From Octopus sinensis (taxonomy: Eukaryota), in NCBI RefSeq assembly GCF_006345805.1, contig NC_043012.1:53320001-53384000 (forward strand): DNA of 64,000 bases, given 5' to 3'. The notes below the pieces were generated by a model. It did not search any database. It saw nothing but the letters and a program-made list of their open reading frames with translations, and was not told the origin of the DNA. Both the position numbers and the translations under genes were made by a program. Positions 53,744 to 64,000 of the stretch are shown here, piece by piece; position 1 is the first letter of the stretch; each line of letters opens with the position of its first letter.

Positions 53744-54046
53744 TTACAGGCATCCCCCCCACACACACACTAAATAAACATAGACGCACATAGAGATATA
53801 AGCATGCGCAAATGAAGACATACAATAGAAATACAAAATGGCTGACGGATAGTAAGGAGAGACACAAGTAAGTGAGAAGAAAACAAAGGACCACTGATGC
53901 GGTCACAGGAGTGTGACGAAAGAACTTTGGCCGAAATAAGATTAAGATTAATGTAAAAAATAAATATCACTGAAGCAAAATAACACCAAATATATAGTGC
54001 GTGTGTTTTTATTGGCTAAACTGGCAATATGACCATTCCGAAATAT

Positions 54047-54051
<5 letters not shown>
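53744..54051 (+). repeat. Right pLTR
   Basis: About 308 bp downstream of the ORF, mirrored at 50405-50711. Confidence 0.92.
53888..53932 (+). ncRNA. Hammerhead-like motif in pLTR (variant core CUGAUGC)
   Basis: ACCA-CTGATGC-G-GTCAC aggagt GTGAC-GAAA-GAA-CTT-TGG. Stem II is perfect and stem I is CCA:TGG. The core deviates at A9. The mirrored copy near 50523-50567 lacks one A of GAAA. Confidence 0.45.
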
Positions 54052-54087
<36 letters not shown>

Positions 54088-54089
54088 CA

Positions 54090-54120
<31 letters not shown>

Positions 54121-54580
54121 GTGTGTGTGTGCGTGTGCGTGTGCGAGTGTGTATGCGTGTGTGTGTGTGTGTGTATGTGTGTGTGTGTTGCATCTGCCCA
54201 TTACGTTAAGTAGAAGTCGATTCTATGTCCTTCCTTTATCCAATAACGTTTATGGTGGACGTAAGACATTGCGAATGAGTGAAATTTTGTTTCTAAGATT
54301 TATCTCTCATAAACATAACAGCCGGAGTAAATTCACTCTAAACTCTTGTCTGCTTTGCCTTATCAGCGAAGCAGACTAGATTTTAGTCACTCGCTTTGTT
54401 CGTGAATCTAATTAATACAGATGCTTCTATTGTAATGATTCTCCAGAAACTCATAAACGAGTGCTAGGTTTATGTTCTCTGATTCGATTAGATATTCTTC
54501 TCTCTATTTTTCTACTCGTGTGAATGTGTACGGGCCTGATTTGCGTGCGTATGTGTATGAGTTTGTGTTTGTGTTTGTGC

Positions 54581-54611
<31 letters not shown>

Positions 54612-54788
54612 TGTGTGTGTGCGTGTGTGTGTGTTTTGAGCCTTTCCAGAAGTTATAGTACTATCTTGTTTCTGATTTTGGCTATCTCACCATCCACTCC
54701 ATTGGTTATATTGATATTTGCATCGAGATATCTTGCTATTTCCTTTTAAAGTATCTCTTTATCTGCATTTGTGTTTGAGTGTGTGATA

Positions 54789-54853
<65 letters not shown>

Positions 54854-54854
<1 letters not shown>

Positions 54855-56050
54855 TAGCAGAGATACCCGGCGTTGCGCGGTTACATTCAATTGAAGAATT
54901 ATACTTTTCTGTTATATTTTCTCTAATGAACTGGAAAAATCTATGTTTCGAATTTCATCAAAATTGCAGATGAGGGTTATTTCCTTCTTTACACACCCTA
55001 AAAAAATTGTAATCGTGCCACATGTATCCCGTACAACTGATTTTTATGCGCATATTCCAAAATTCCAGTCTTATTGAACCTGTTAAAAAGATTTTGCTCC
55101 TGAAAAATGAAGGTTACGGGGCTCTAAAATGTGAGAGTTAAGGCCTCTGTTGGTGGTGGGCATCTTAATGTCAACCAGAGAAGTTGAATTGTTGAGAATC
55201 TTTTTAACTTGGGTCTTATATCTATTGTTTGAATTTCTTTGAAATAGGAAATATATGTTAACTGGGCTGTAAAACTCTCAATGTAGGATTCCTCACCATC
55301 CAGGTGACAGGCACAGCCGTAAGATGCATTACGAATCTATAGCAATTGGAAGGGCGTGACCCAACTAAAATCAACTGCGTGACGTGAGGGCTAAGGAGAA
55401 ATTAAGGTGTCACCTCTGGAGTTTGGAAATGACCACTATACTGATACGTAACTGGACAGAATAAATTTACAATCTATAAATGTCTTTGAATAACCAGTTA
55501 CTCATCTGGGAAGGCCTTGAAATCAATGTTACAATGTGGAGACTATGTGTGACCCAGTGATAATAAAAAGACTGAAAGTAGGTCTGCAATCAAATAACTT
55601 TACTCAACACTTTGAAACTGAATGAGGGGAGGCAATGATGCCTCTCATTTACTTGACAATTTATGCAGCACATAGCAGAAATCACAATGTAAGTGTATGT
55701 CAAAGCAAACTGTTACACTCTTGTACCATTGAATTAGAAATAATGCTCAACGTTTATGCTCAACGTTTATGCTCAACTTTTATGCACAACTGTATTCGTT
55801 TTTGCTTAGATAAAATGACAAAATTGTGGGTGTTAAGTACCTATGGCGGGGTCTTTCTAATTTGTAAGAAGATGAAATGTTATAAATATTACTTCATTTG
55901 TGTCTAATATCTATGGTTAAAATTTCATCAACAGCAAAAATATATGAATTGTCATGGGGGATACGGCCCTTATGCATAGAATATAATTTCCAAATTTCAT
56001 AAAGATCCATTCAGTACTTTTGACCTAGTTTTGGATCATAACAGAAATGA
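54854..56050 (-). mobile_element. Non-autonomous Helitron, 3' part
   Basis: ATACTAG with subterminal GC hairpin CCCGGCGTTGCGCGG. Contains a 13-bp x3 repeat near 55743-55781. The far boundary is uncertain. Confidence 0.5.
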
Positions 56051-56069
56051 CTAAAATTTGGGAGTTCAG

Positions 56070-56384
<315 letters not shown>

Positions 56385-56612
56385 TAGATATAGATATAGA
56401 TATATACGCACACACACATACAAAGATAAATTGATAGATACAACTGAGTTGGCAAACAAAAATATGAGACACAGCCTAGTACTTTTTTTATGTCGATAAG
56501 CCTGGTACTTATTCTGTTAGTTTGTTCTTGTGAAACCAGTAAGTTATGTGGATGTAAATAAATGAACAGCAGTTGTGAAAATCTGCTGAGGTAAACTTTA
56601 CTTTTCATTTTT

Positions 56613-57177
56613 AAGGCGGTGAGCTGGCAGAAACGTTAGCACGCCGGACGAAATGCGTAACTGTATTTCGTCTGCCGTTGCGTTCTGAGTTCAAATTCCG
56701 CCGAGGTCGACTTTGCCTTTCATCCTTTCGGGGTCAATAAAATTAAGTACCAGTTACGCGCTGGGGTCGATGTAATCGACTTAATCCGTTTGTCTGTGCT
56801 TGTTTGTCCCTTCTATGTTTAGCCCCCGGTGGCGTAATAAAGAAACAAGTATTTTCCCCGCTAGACGAAATGATTAGCGGCATTTCGTCCGTCCTTACGT
56901 TCTGAGTTCAAATCCCGCCGAAGTCAGCTTTACATTTCATCCTTTCGGGTTCGGAAATTCTGGGGTCAATGTAATCACCTAGTTCCCCCCGCCCCAAAAC
57001 GTCAGGCCTTGTGCCTATAATAGAAAGGACTATTGTTGTTGTTGTTGTTGTTAAAATTCAGCTGAGGTCAACTTTGCCTTTCATTCTTTCTGGGTCGATG
57101 AAGTAAGTACCAGTTGAGTACTGGAGTCGATATTCCCGTAACACCCACCCCCAAATTCAGGCCTTATGATGGCAGGA

Positions 57178-57180
<3 letters not shown>
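56613..57180 (+). mobile_element. SINE family A array (about 3 units) ending in long (ATT)n
   Basis: Repeated cores; (ATT)n at about 57178-57354. Confidence 0.85.
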
Positions 57181-57254
<74 letters not shown>

Positions 57255-57989
57255 TATTATTACTATTACTATTATTATTATTATTATCATTATCATTATT
57301 ATTATTACTATTACTATTATTATTATTATTATTATTATCATCATTATTATTATTTTAAAATTTTAGTGTAATTGGCGAATGAGATGGATGCATTTTCACG
57401 GAGGTTAGTAGTATTTGTGGGCGTCAGTTTTCCGATTATGCAATATAGTCGACATCTAAAGAAGTAGATAAAACCATTATCCAAGACCTGAATGGAGTTT
57501 TACTGTAAAATTCCATCAGCGCAACCGGGTATGGCAGGTGTGAGCTCGTGGAATGGAATTAAACCAACCGGATCTAAACTTTGAAAGAACTAGTTTAAAT
57601 ATTATCATTCTACACAGAATGTTTTGATTGGATTAAAATGGCTCTACCGGAATCTTGACACACATGTAATAAAACGAAAGGGAGCAGGGGAATAGAAAGA
57701 GAGAGAAGAGACGAAACATAAACTAATGTCTATTCTTACGCCAGTATGTGGGTGCATGAAGATTTCGTAACGGTTGGTGTAACAGAATTTAAAGAAAAAT
57801 TTGTGTAGGCGGTTTTTTCAAGTGTTTTAAAGAAATAATTTCGTTACTTACTGTGTACACTCCTTTCTGTTGAATATGTATGTACATGAAATATAATTTT
57901 ACTTTTAGTTATGAAAATAATATGAATATTTTTAGGACATGGGAAAATGAAATTTGGGTATAATTTTTCCGTCGTTCTACAGTTTCTGT

Positions 57990-59385
57990 GTCATTCAATT
58001 CTTTATCCTTTATTTTTTTATTTGTTTTAGTCTTTGGACTGCGACCATGCTGGGGTACCACTTTGAAAGGTTTTAGTCAAGCAAATAGATTGCATTACTG
58101 CTTTTTTTATAAACCTGCTAATTATTTTTTCGGTCACTTGTGCCGAATCGCTAAGTTACAGGACCAAAATAAATCAACAGTGGTTGTCAAGCAGTGGTGG
58201 TGGGATAAATACAGGCACAAATACAAAAAATGATGGGCTTCCACATGGTTTGTCTCTGGTAAATTTGCTCGCATGGCATTGGTCGGTCCGGAGCAATAGT
58301 AAAAGACACTTGCCCAAGAGACCGCGTAGGGGGACTGAACCTGGAACCACGTGGCAGGAAAGTGGGCTCCTTAACGTCATAAAGTACCTGCTCAATACTT
58401 AATTTTTCACTTTTATTGTAAGATTTAGCTGTAGATGATGTAGTGTTACGTAGGAATCGAAACTGCGACAAAGACGTGGATCACTGATTACTGGTTAACC
58501 TAAACAAACAGTTCTACGTTTCCGTCATTTAACTGTGGCTATGATTGATCACCGCCTTAAAGGGTTTTAGTCGAAGAAATCTACCCCAGATTTATAGGCG
58601 CAGGAGTGGCTGTGCGGTAAGTAGCTTGCTTACCAACCACATGGTTCCGGGTTCGGTCCCACTGTGTGGCATCTTGGGCAAGTGTCTTCTACTATAGCCT
58701 CGGGTCGACCAAAGCCTTGTGAGTGGATTTGCTTGACGGAAACTGAAAGAAGCCCGTCGTATATAGGTGGTGCTATTAAGTTAGACATGGCCTGGACCAA
58801 TCTTTGGTCGAAACATATCTAAGTTTATCTAAGTTTATATATGTATATTTATATATGTGTGTGTATGTTTGTGTGTCTGTGTTTGTCCCTCTAGCATTGC
58901 TTGACAACCGATGCTCGTGTGTTTACGTCGACGTCACTTAGCGGTTCGGCAAAAGAGACCGATAGAATAAGTACTGGGCTTACAAAGAATAAGTTCTGGG
59001 GTCGATTTTCTCGACTAAAGCCGGTGCTCCTGCATGGCCGCAGTCAAAGAGTATCTTATCAGTCAAAGAGTATCTTATTTTCTATAAGCCTAATATTTAT
59101 TCTATCGGTGTCTCTTGCCGAACTGCTAAGTTACTGGCACAGAAATACACCAAGATCGGCCGCCAAGCGATAGTTAGGGGACAAACACAGACACAAAGAC
59201 ACGCACACATAGATATATATATCCATATACATATATAAGACAGGCTTTTTTCAGTTTCCATGTGCCAAATCCACTCGTAAAACTTTGGTCGACTATAGTA
59301 GAAAACACTTACCGAAGGTGCCACGCAGCGAAACTGAACCCAGAACCATGTGGCTGGGAAGCAAGCTTCTTACTTCACAGACATG
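57990..59385. mobile_element. SINE family B cluster: 57990-58380 (-), 58596-59050 (+), 59075-59385 (-)
   Basis: Alternating orientations; 19-bp direct duplication at 59041-59078. Confidence 0.85.
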
Positions 59386-59954
59386 CTTGGAATAATATCT
59401 AAACATCTCTCAAATTCCAACCTAGAGCCTTAGAAATGGAGATACTGGATAAGGCAGACTTGTTTAAGCCATTTTTGAAAAACTTCGGTATGGCCATAAC
59501 AGAAATTTGAACTCAGTCCGCCTTTATGGCGGACGAAATACGGCAGAGCAGTTTGTCCAGTTCGCCGACTTCTATTGTATTCATGTTGCTTCCTCAAGAA
59601 AGGAATCGCAGCCATCCAAAGTTCAAGATATTATTGCGAATGTTGAATTCAAAAGTAGCACCTATTGTTTAGCTTTAAGTCAGCTCAGGTTGAACAAACT
59701 TCTAATGAATGACGTTTCAGCCATAACCATGTCGTAGATTTTTCTTTACATCTACCCCAACATAATCAAATGAGTTTTTCTTTTTCTTAGACGGAAGGTT
59801 GTTAGTTCTTTGAATATGGAGGATAACATTAGCTGGCCGTGCAATCACTTGAAGATCCAGCCGTCTTTGACTCGTTACTGCAAACGCTGAAACTATGTAT
59901 GGCCTTTTGGAACGTTATTCACTTGGCTACAACACAGTTTTCAAGTTCTTTCAT

Positions 59955-60125
59955 TTCAGTATTTCGTCCGTATTTACGTTCTGAGTTCAAATTCCGTCGA
60001 GGTTGACTTTGCTCTTCATCTGTCGGAAAGCGATAAAATAGGTACCCGTTGAGCACTGGGGCCGATGTAGTTGACTTACTCCTCCCGCTGGATTTACTGG
60101 ATATGTGCCACAAATTGAAATTAAT
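59955..60125 (+). mobile_element. SINE family A, diverged copy
   Basis: Core-like GGTTGACTTTGCTCTTCATCTGTCGG. Confidence 0.75.
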
Positions 60126-60947
60126 ATTTGTTTAAGGTCTAACTATTGCTTTTGCTCATAGACCCTCTCACACTTTCTCCCTCTATTTCTATCTCCCCTG
60201 TTTTCTGCCCCCTTCTCTCTCTGAAAAGAGCGATCGTAATGAAATCTGGACTGGGGAGATGGATTACACGCTCAAGGCACACCGTGTCATGTCTACACTC
60301 CTACGTCTCGATCAGGATTTAGGACACAATGAATACTATACCAACAGCTATAGAAGCGGTAGGAATACGAACCAACACGACGTCACTATGTAGAGTCTCA
60401 ACCTGCTAGAAAAAACAGCTAAACTTCCTTAAATTTCTTACGCTTCTTCAAAAATATATATCATTGTTAGTATAAAATACAGGATGGTTACGAGTTGATG
60501 AGATGTGATCCGAGGGTTAAAGAACAACATCATCACAAACATATATTTAATTGATAACAGCATTCACCGAATGTTAGCTTGAGTTAGGACTAACCTGGAT
60601 CTGCTGAACAACTGCGCCATGATATACACAATCGCCAACAACATCAGCGACGTGACGATGGGGGAGCATCAAGGTGGTTGCACGACTGTTAGAGGCAATG
60701 ATCAAATCTTCTTCAATTCACACCCTGTGGCCTTAAAGACATGAGACGTTAAGTAACGGGTACTTGGTTCCTTAAACATACGGGAAAAGTGTGATTTGCA
60801 CGAATGAAATACGTTTGATTATATTTCTGCTCGGTCAATGCTGACCTTTGGTTAAACAACATCATCAATAATAATGACAAGACTATCAAAAACACTAGCA
60901 ACAACAATAATAACCGCAACCACCACTACAACAGCAAAGACAATGAA

Positions 60948-61140
60948 GGTGCAATGGCCCAGTGGTTAGGGCAGCGAACACGCGGTCCTAAGAACGCGGT
61001 TTCGATTTCCAGACCGAGCATTGTAAGTGTTTATTGAGCAAAAACACATAAGCTCCACGAGGCTCCGGCGGGGTGTGGGAGTGAAACCCGCTGTACTCTT
61101 TCACCACAACTTTCTCTCACTCTTACTTCCTACTTCTTCC
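60948..61140 (+). mobile_element. SINE family D, 5' part
   Basis: GTGCAATGGCCCAGTGGTTAGGGCAGCG...GCTGTACTCTTTCACCACAACTTTCTCTCAC. Confidence 0.85.
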
Positions 61141-61413
61141 ACAAAGCAGAGGAATCATAGTGTAACCCACTATGGTGTGGTAGATTTTCAGAGCCTAGTC
61201 TAGATTGCGAATCCTCTGTACCCCAGGATGGTTCAGCTCTCCACCCGTTAAAAAAGCTACCGTTTACGGAATGAGGATAACAACGTAGCTTTCGCGCCGG
61301 TGCAACCGCCAGTCTATCGCGGGTGGTGGCCGAATATTCAAGTTGCCACACGCATTCTTAGTAGCTTAGAGTAGGCTCGAATTAGAGATTATTCTTTGTG
61401 GCTAATGGCGCGA

Positions 61414-61509
61414 GTCCTGATTTGAAGAAGAAGAAGAAGAAGAAGAAGAAGAAGAAGAAGAAGAAGAAGAAGAAGAAGAAGAAGAAGAAGAAGAAGAAGA
61501 AGAAGAAGA
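61414..61509. repeat. (GAA)n microsatellite
   Basis: About 31 perfect units. Confidence 0.97.
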
Positions 61510-62072
61510 CAGCTTCTACATGATTGCTAAACACAGTGGAATTAGCAGAGAGATCTCTTTTAATTCATACCCTGCCGACATTTGTAAAAACAGAAGTTAA
61601 CATAATATAGACTTAAAGAGACCATGACCGAACAAATGACAGAATGATAACTTGTTCTTAAGCCTATCTTATCAAGACTGACCTTGGGCTAAACAACATA
61701 CTAACAACTACTAACAACTGTGTAGACACTTCAACTGAAACATCAGTTAGCTTACGTTCAAGCAACTATCATCTGCCAAAACTTCAAATATTTCATGTTC
61801 AAAGTCTAGAACGTTTCGCTGAATGATATCCACTTTCTCTGTCTCACATTATTTCAAAAGCTATTTATACATTATACAGACATTTGAAGAAAGATATATT
61901 CTTTAGTTGTTGATGCTGCTGTGATCAGAAGATCTGCTGCCGTAACGAACACGTCTTGTTTTCAGATGTAAGGTAGTACGGACTACATTATTCAATATGT
62001 ACTTTTACTGATTTGACTGTGGATCTTTACCTTTTGACCGACAGACTTTAAAAATAATTGTTTTGTAACTAA

Positions 62073-62578
62073 AACACTTTCAAACTTCGGACACTGGTAG
62101 AATGTGTCATATAAAATATCTTTTACTCTTAGCATTTTTGAGAAAAAAACTTATATTTACGAAGGTATTTCACGTCAAAGTTCTCGTATTTCGGTAATTT
62201 CAACCAATCAACGGCGTCCTTTCAGCTGAATAAAATTACTGCCGTTGTTTGTCAACAACAACTATCGGCGGTGTAGTTTTCGTTTGTCACTGTTATTTAT
62301 GACATCGTTCGTGCGCTTGTACTGGTTTTAAGGTTTTAGGGCTAGGGTTTTAGGGTTAGGGTTAGGGTTGTCATAAATAACAGTGACAAACGAAATATAC
62401 ATCGCCGGAAGTAGTAATTTTATTCAGCTGAATACACGTCATTGATTGGTTGAAATTACCGAAATACGTGAATTTTGACGTGAAATAACTTTGTAAATAT
62501 AAATTTTTCTCAAAAATGCTAACAGTAAAATATATTTTGTATGACACATCCTACCAGTGTCTGAAGTTTGAAAGTGTT
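62073..62578. mobile_element. Foldback/MITE element with long inverted arms and (TTAGGG)-like core
   Basis: Arms 62073-62304 and 62369-62578 are inverted homologues. The 64-bp spacer contains TTTTAGGG/CTAGGG/TTAGGG repeats. Confidence 0.85.
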
Positions 62579-62579
62579 C

Positions 62580-62615
<36 letters not shown>

Positions 62616-63049
62616 CACATACTCACGCACATACGCTTTCTTTTTCTTCGTCTGCCCTTTTCTCCCCACCTATCTCTCCTCGCTTTTTTAACCGAATTCC
62701 CACCCGACAATACAACACCAACAACAGGTGAGATAACACGACACTTACAGTACATTGCCACTATATTGATGAAGCAGACACTTCACTCAAGATAAGAGCA
62801 AAGAAAGGAAAACTTATGTCTCTTTATATTCTGAGACCAAGTCCCGCCGAACTTGTCTTTACCCCCCCCCCTTTTACGGTATCAATAAAAAATACCACTT
62901 ATGCACTAATGTCAATAAGATATTGCACTAACATCTAGTCCAAAATATGGTGCTTTGCATATTTTTCCGTTGGTTCTTTTATTCGTTTCAGCCATGTAGT
63001 TGCGGTCATGCTGGAGCACCACTAATATTGGAATTCGTTTTGTGTTATA

Positions 63050-63520
63050 TCTATTTCTTTACTACCCACAAGGGGCTAAACACAGAAGGGACAAACAAGG
63101 ACAGACAAACGGATTAAGTCGATTATATCGACACCAGTGCGTAACTGGTACTTATTTAATCGACCCAGAAAGGATGAAAGGCAAAGTCGACCTCGGCGGA
63201 ATTTGAACTCAGAGCGTAACGGCAGACGAAATACGGCTACGCATTTCGCCCGGCGTGCTAACGTTTCTGCCAGCTCGCAGCCTTATTTTGTACTATATTA
63301 TGAATGTCATCTTAAGGCAGAAACAATAGCACGCCAAACAAAATATTTAGCATTATTTCTTCCGTATTTACAGAGTTCAAATTCCGCCGACGTCGACTTT
63401 GCCTTTCATCCGTTCTGTATCGATAAAATAAGTGCCCCTTGAGCACTAGGGTCGATGTAATTACTGAAGTAAGGGGGTAAGTGCCAAAATTTGAAACCGA
63501 TATGCTGAATGCCACAGAAT
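63050..63520. mobile_element. Two SINE family A copies head-to-head (63050-63285 minus; about 63330-63520 plus)
   Basis: Core motif on opposite strands. Confidence 0.82.
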
Positions 63521-63651
63521 CATTGATGCGACGAACAAAATACCTCATCGACTTTATTTATCTAGGTCCTCTCTTTACTTTCTGATTTCAAATTTCGCTT
63601 GAATTGACTTTTCCTTTCTTCTTTCCGATATTCATACCAAGTAGTACCTGT

Positions 63652-64000
63652 AGTGGAGCCGCAATGGCCCAGTGGTTAGGGCAGCGGACTCGCGGTCATA
63701 AGATCGCGGTTTCGATTCCGAGACCGGGCGTTGTGAGTGTTTATTGGGTGAAAACACCTAAAGCTCCACGAGGCTCTGGCAGGGGATGGTGGTGATCCCT
63801 GCTGTACTCTTTCACAACAACTTTCTCTCACTCTTTCTTCCTGTTTCTGTTGTACCTGTATTTCAAATGGCCGGCCTTTCTCTTTGCCACTCTCTTTGTC
63901 ACGCTGAATATCCCCGAGAACTACGTTAAGGGTACACGTGTCTGTGGAGTGCTCAGCCACTTACACGTTAATTTCACGAGCAGGCTGTTCCGTTGATTCG
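63652..64000 (+). mobile_element. SINE family D, runs off window edge
   Basis: Same head and body. Confidence 0.88.

Larger units (their letters stand above)
50350..54051 (+). mobile_element. Penelope-like retroelement with inverted pLTRs, embedded in (TA)n
   Basis: The ORF is flanked by near-identical inverted repeats 50405-50711 and 53744-54051. TA-rich microsatellite lies on both outer sides. Confidence 0.9.

Noticed and set aside
53810-53850. SECIS-like ATGA...AAA...TGA in the PLE 3' region
   Set aside because: The helix does not pair, and the ORF has no internal UGA.
62325-62368. True telomere or chromosome fusion site
   Set aside because: Only about six degenerate units, enclosed by transposon-like inverted arms.

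Overview
Eukaryotic, AT-rich, microsatellite-dense genomic DNA. The SINE and LINE content points to an octopus/cephalopod genome, which is an inference. One host gene is recognisable although absent from the ORF track: an ITIH-like (VIT-domain) secreted protein on the minus strand. Its signal-peptide exon is at 27207-27260 and its VIT exon at 3950-4116, separated by a 23 kb intron. The rest is mostly transposable-element derived: an apparently young Penelope-like element (800-aa RT + GIY-YIG ORF, inverted pLTRs, rearranged 5' end), four R4/Dong-type non-LTR fragments in (AAT)n tracts, dozens of tRNA-derived SINEs of several families, several MITEs, non-autonomous Helitrons and a foldback element with a telomere-repeat core. 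The most interesting signal is nine hammerhead-ribozyme-like motifs from five sequence families. One family is a tRNA-headed (Pol III) SINE ending in a minimal hammerhead, present as a head-to-head palindromic dimer within one target-site duplication. Another has an invariant non-canonical CUGUNGA core. Together these suggest a Penelope-driven system of ribozyme-bearing passenger elements. All analysis was by eye. SINE boundaries are approximate (about +/-15 bp), and ribozyme activity and family names are unverified.
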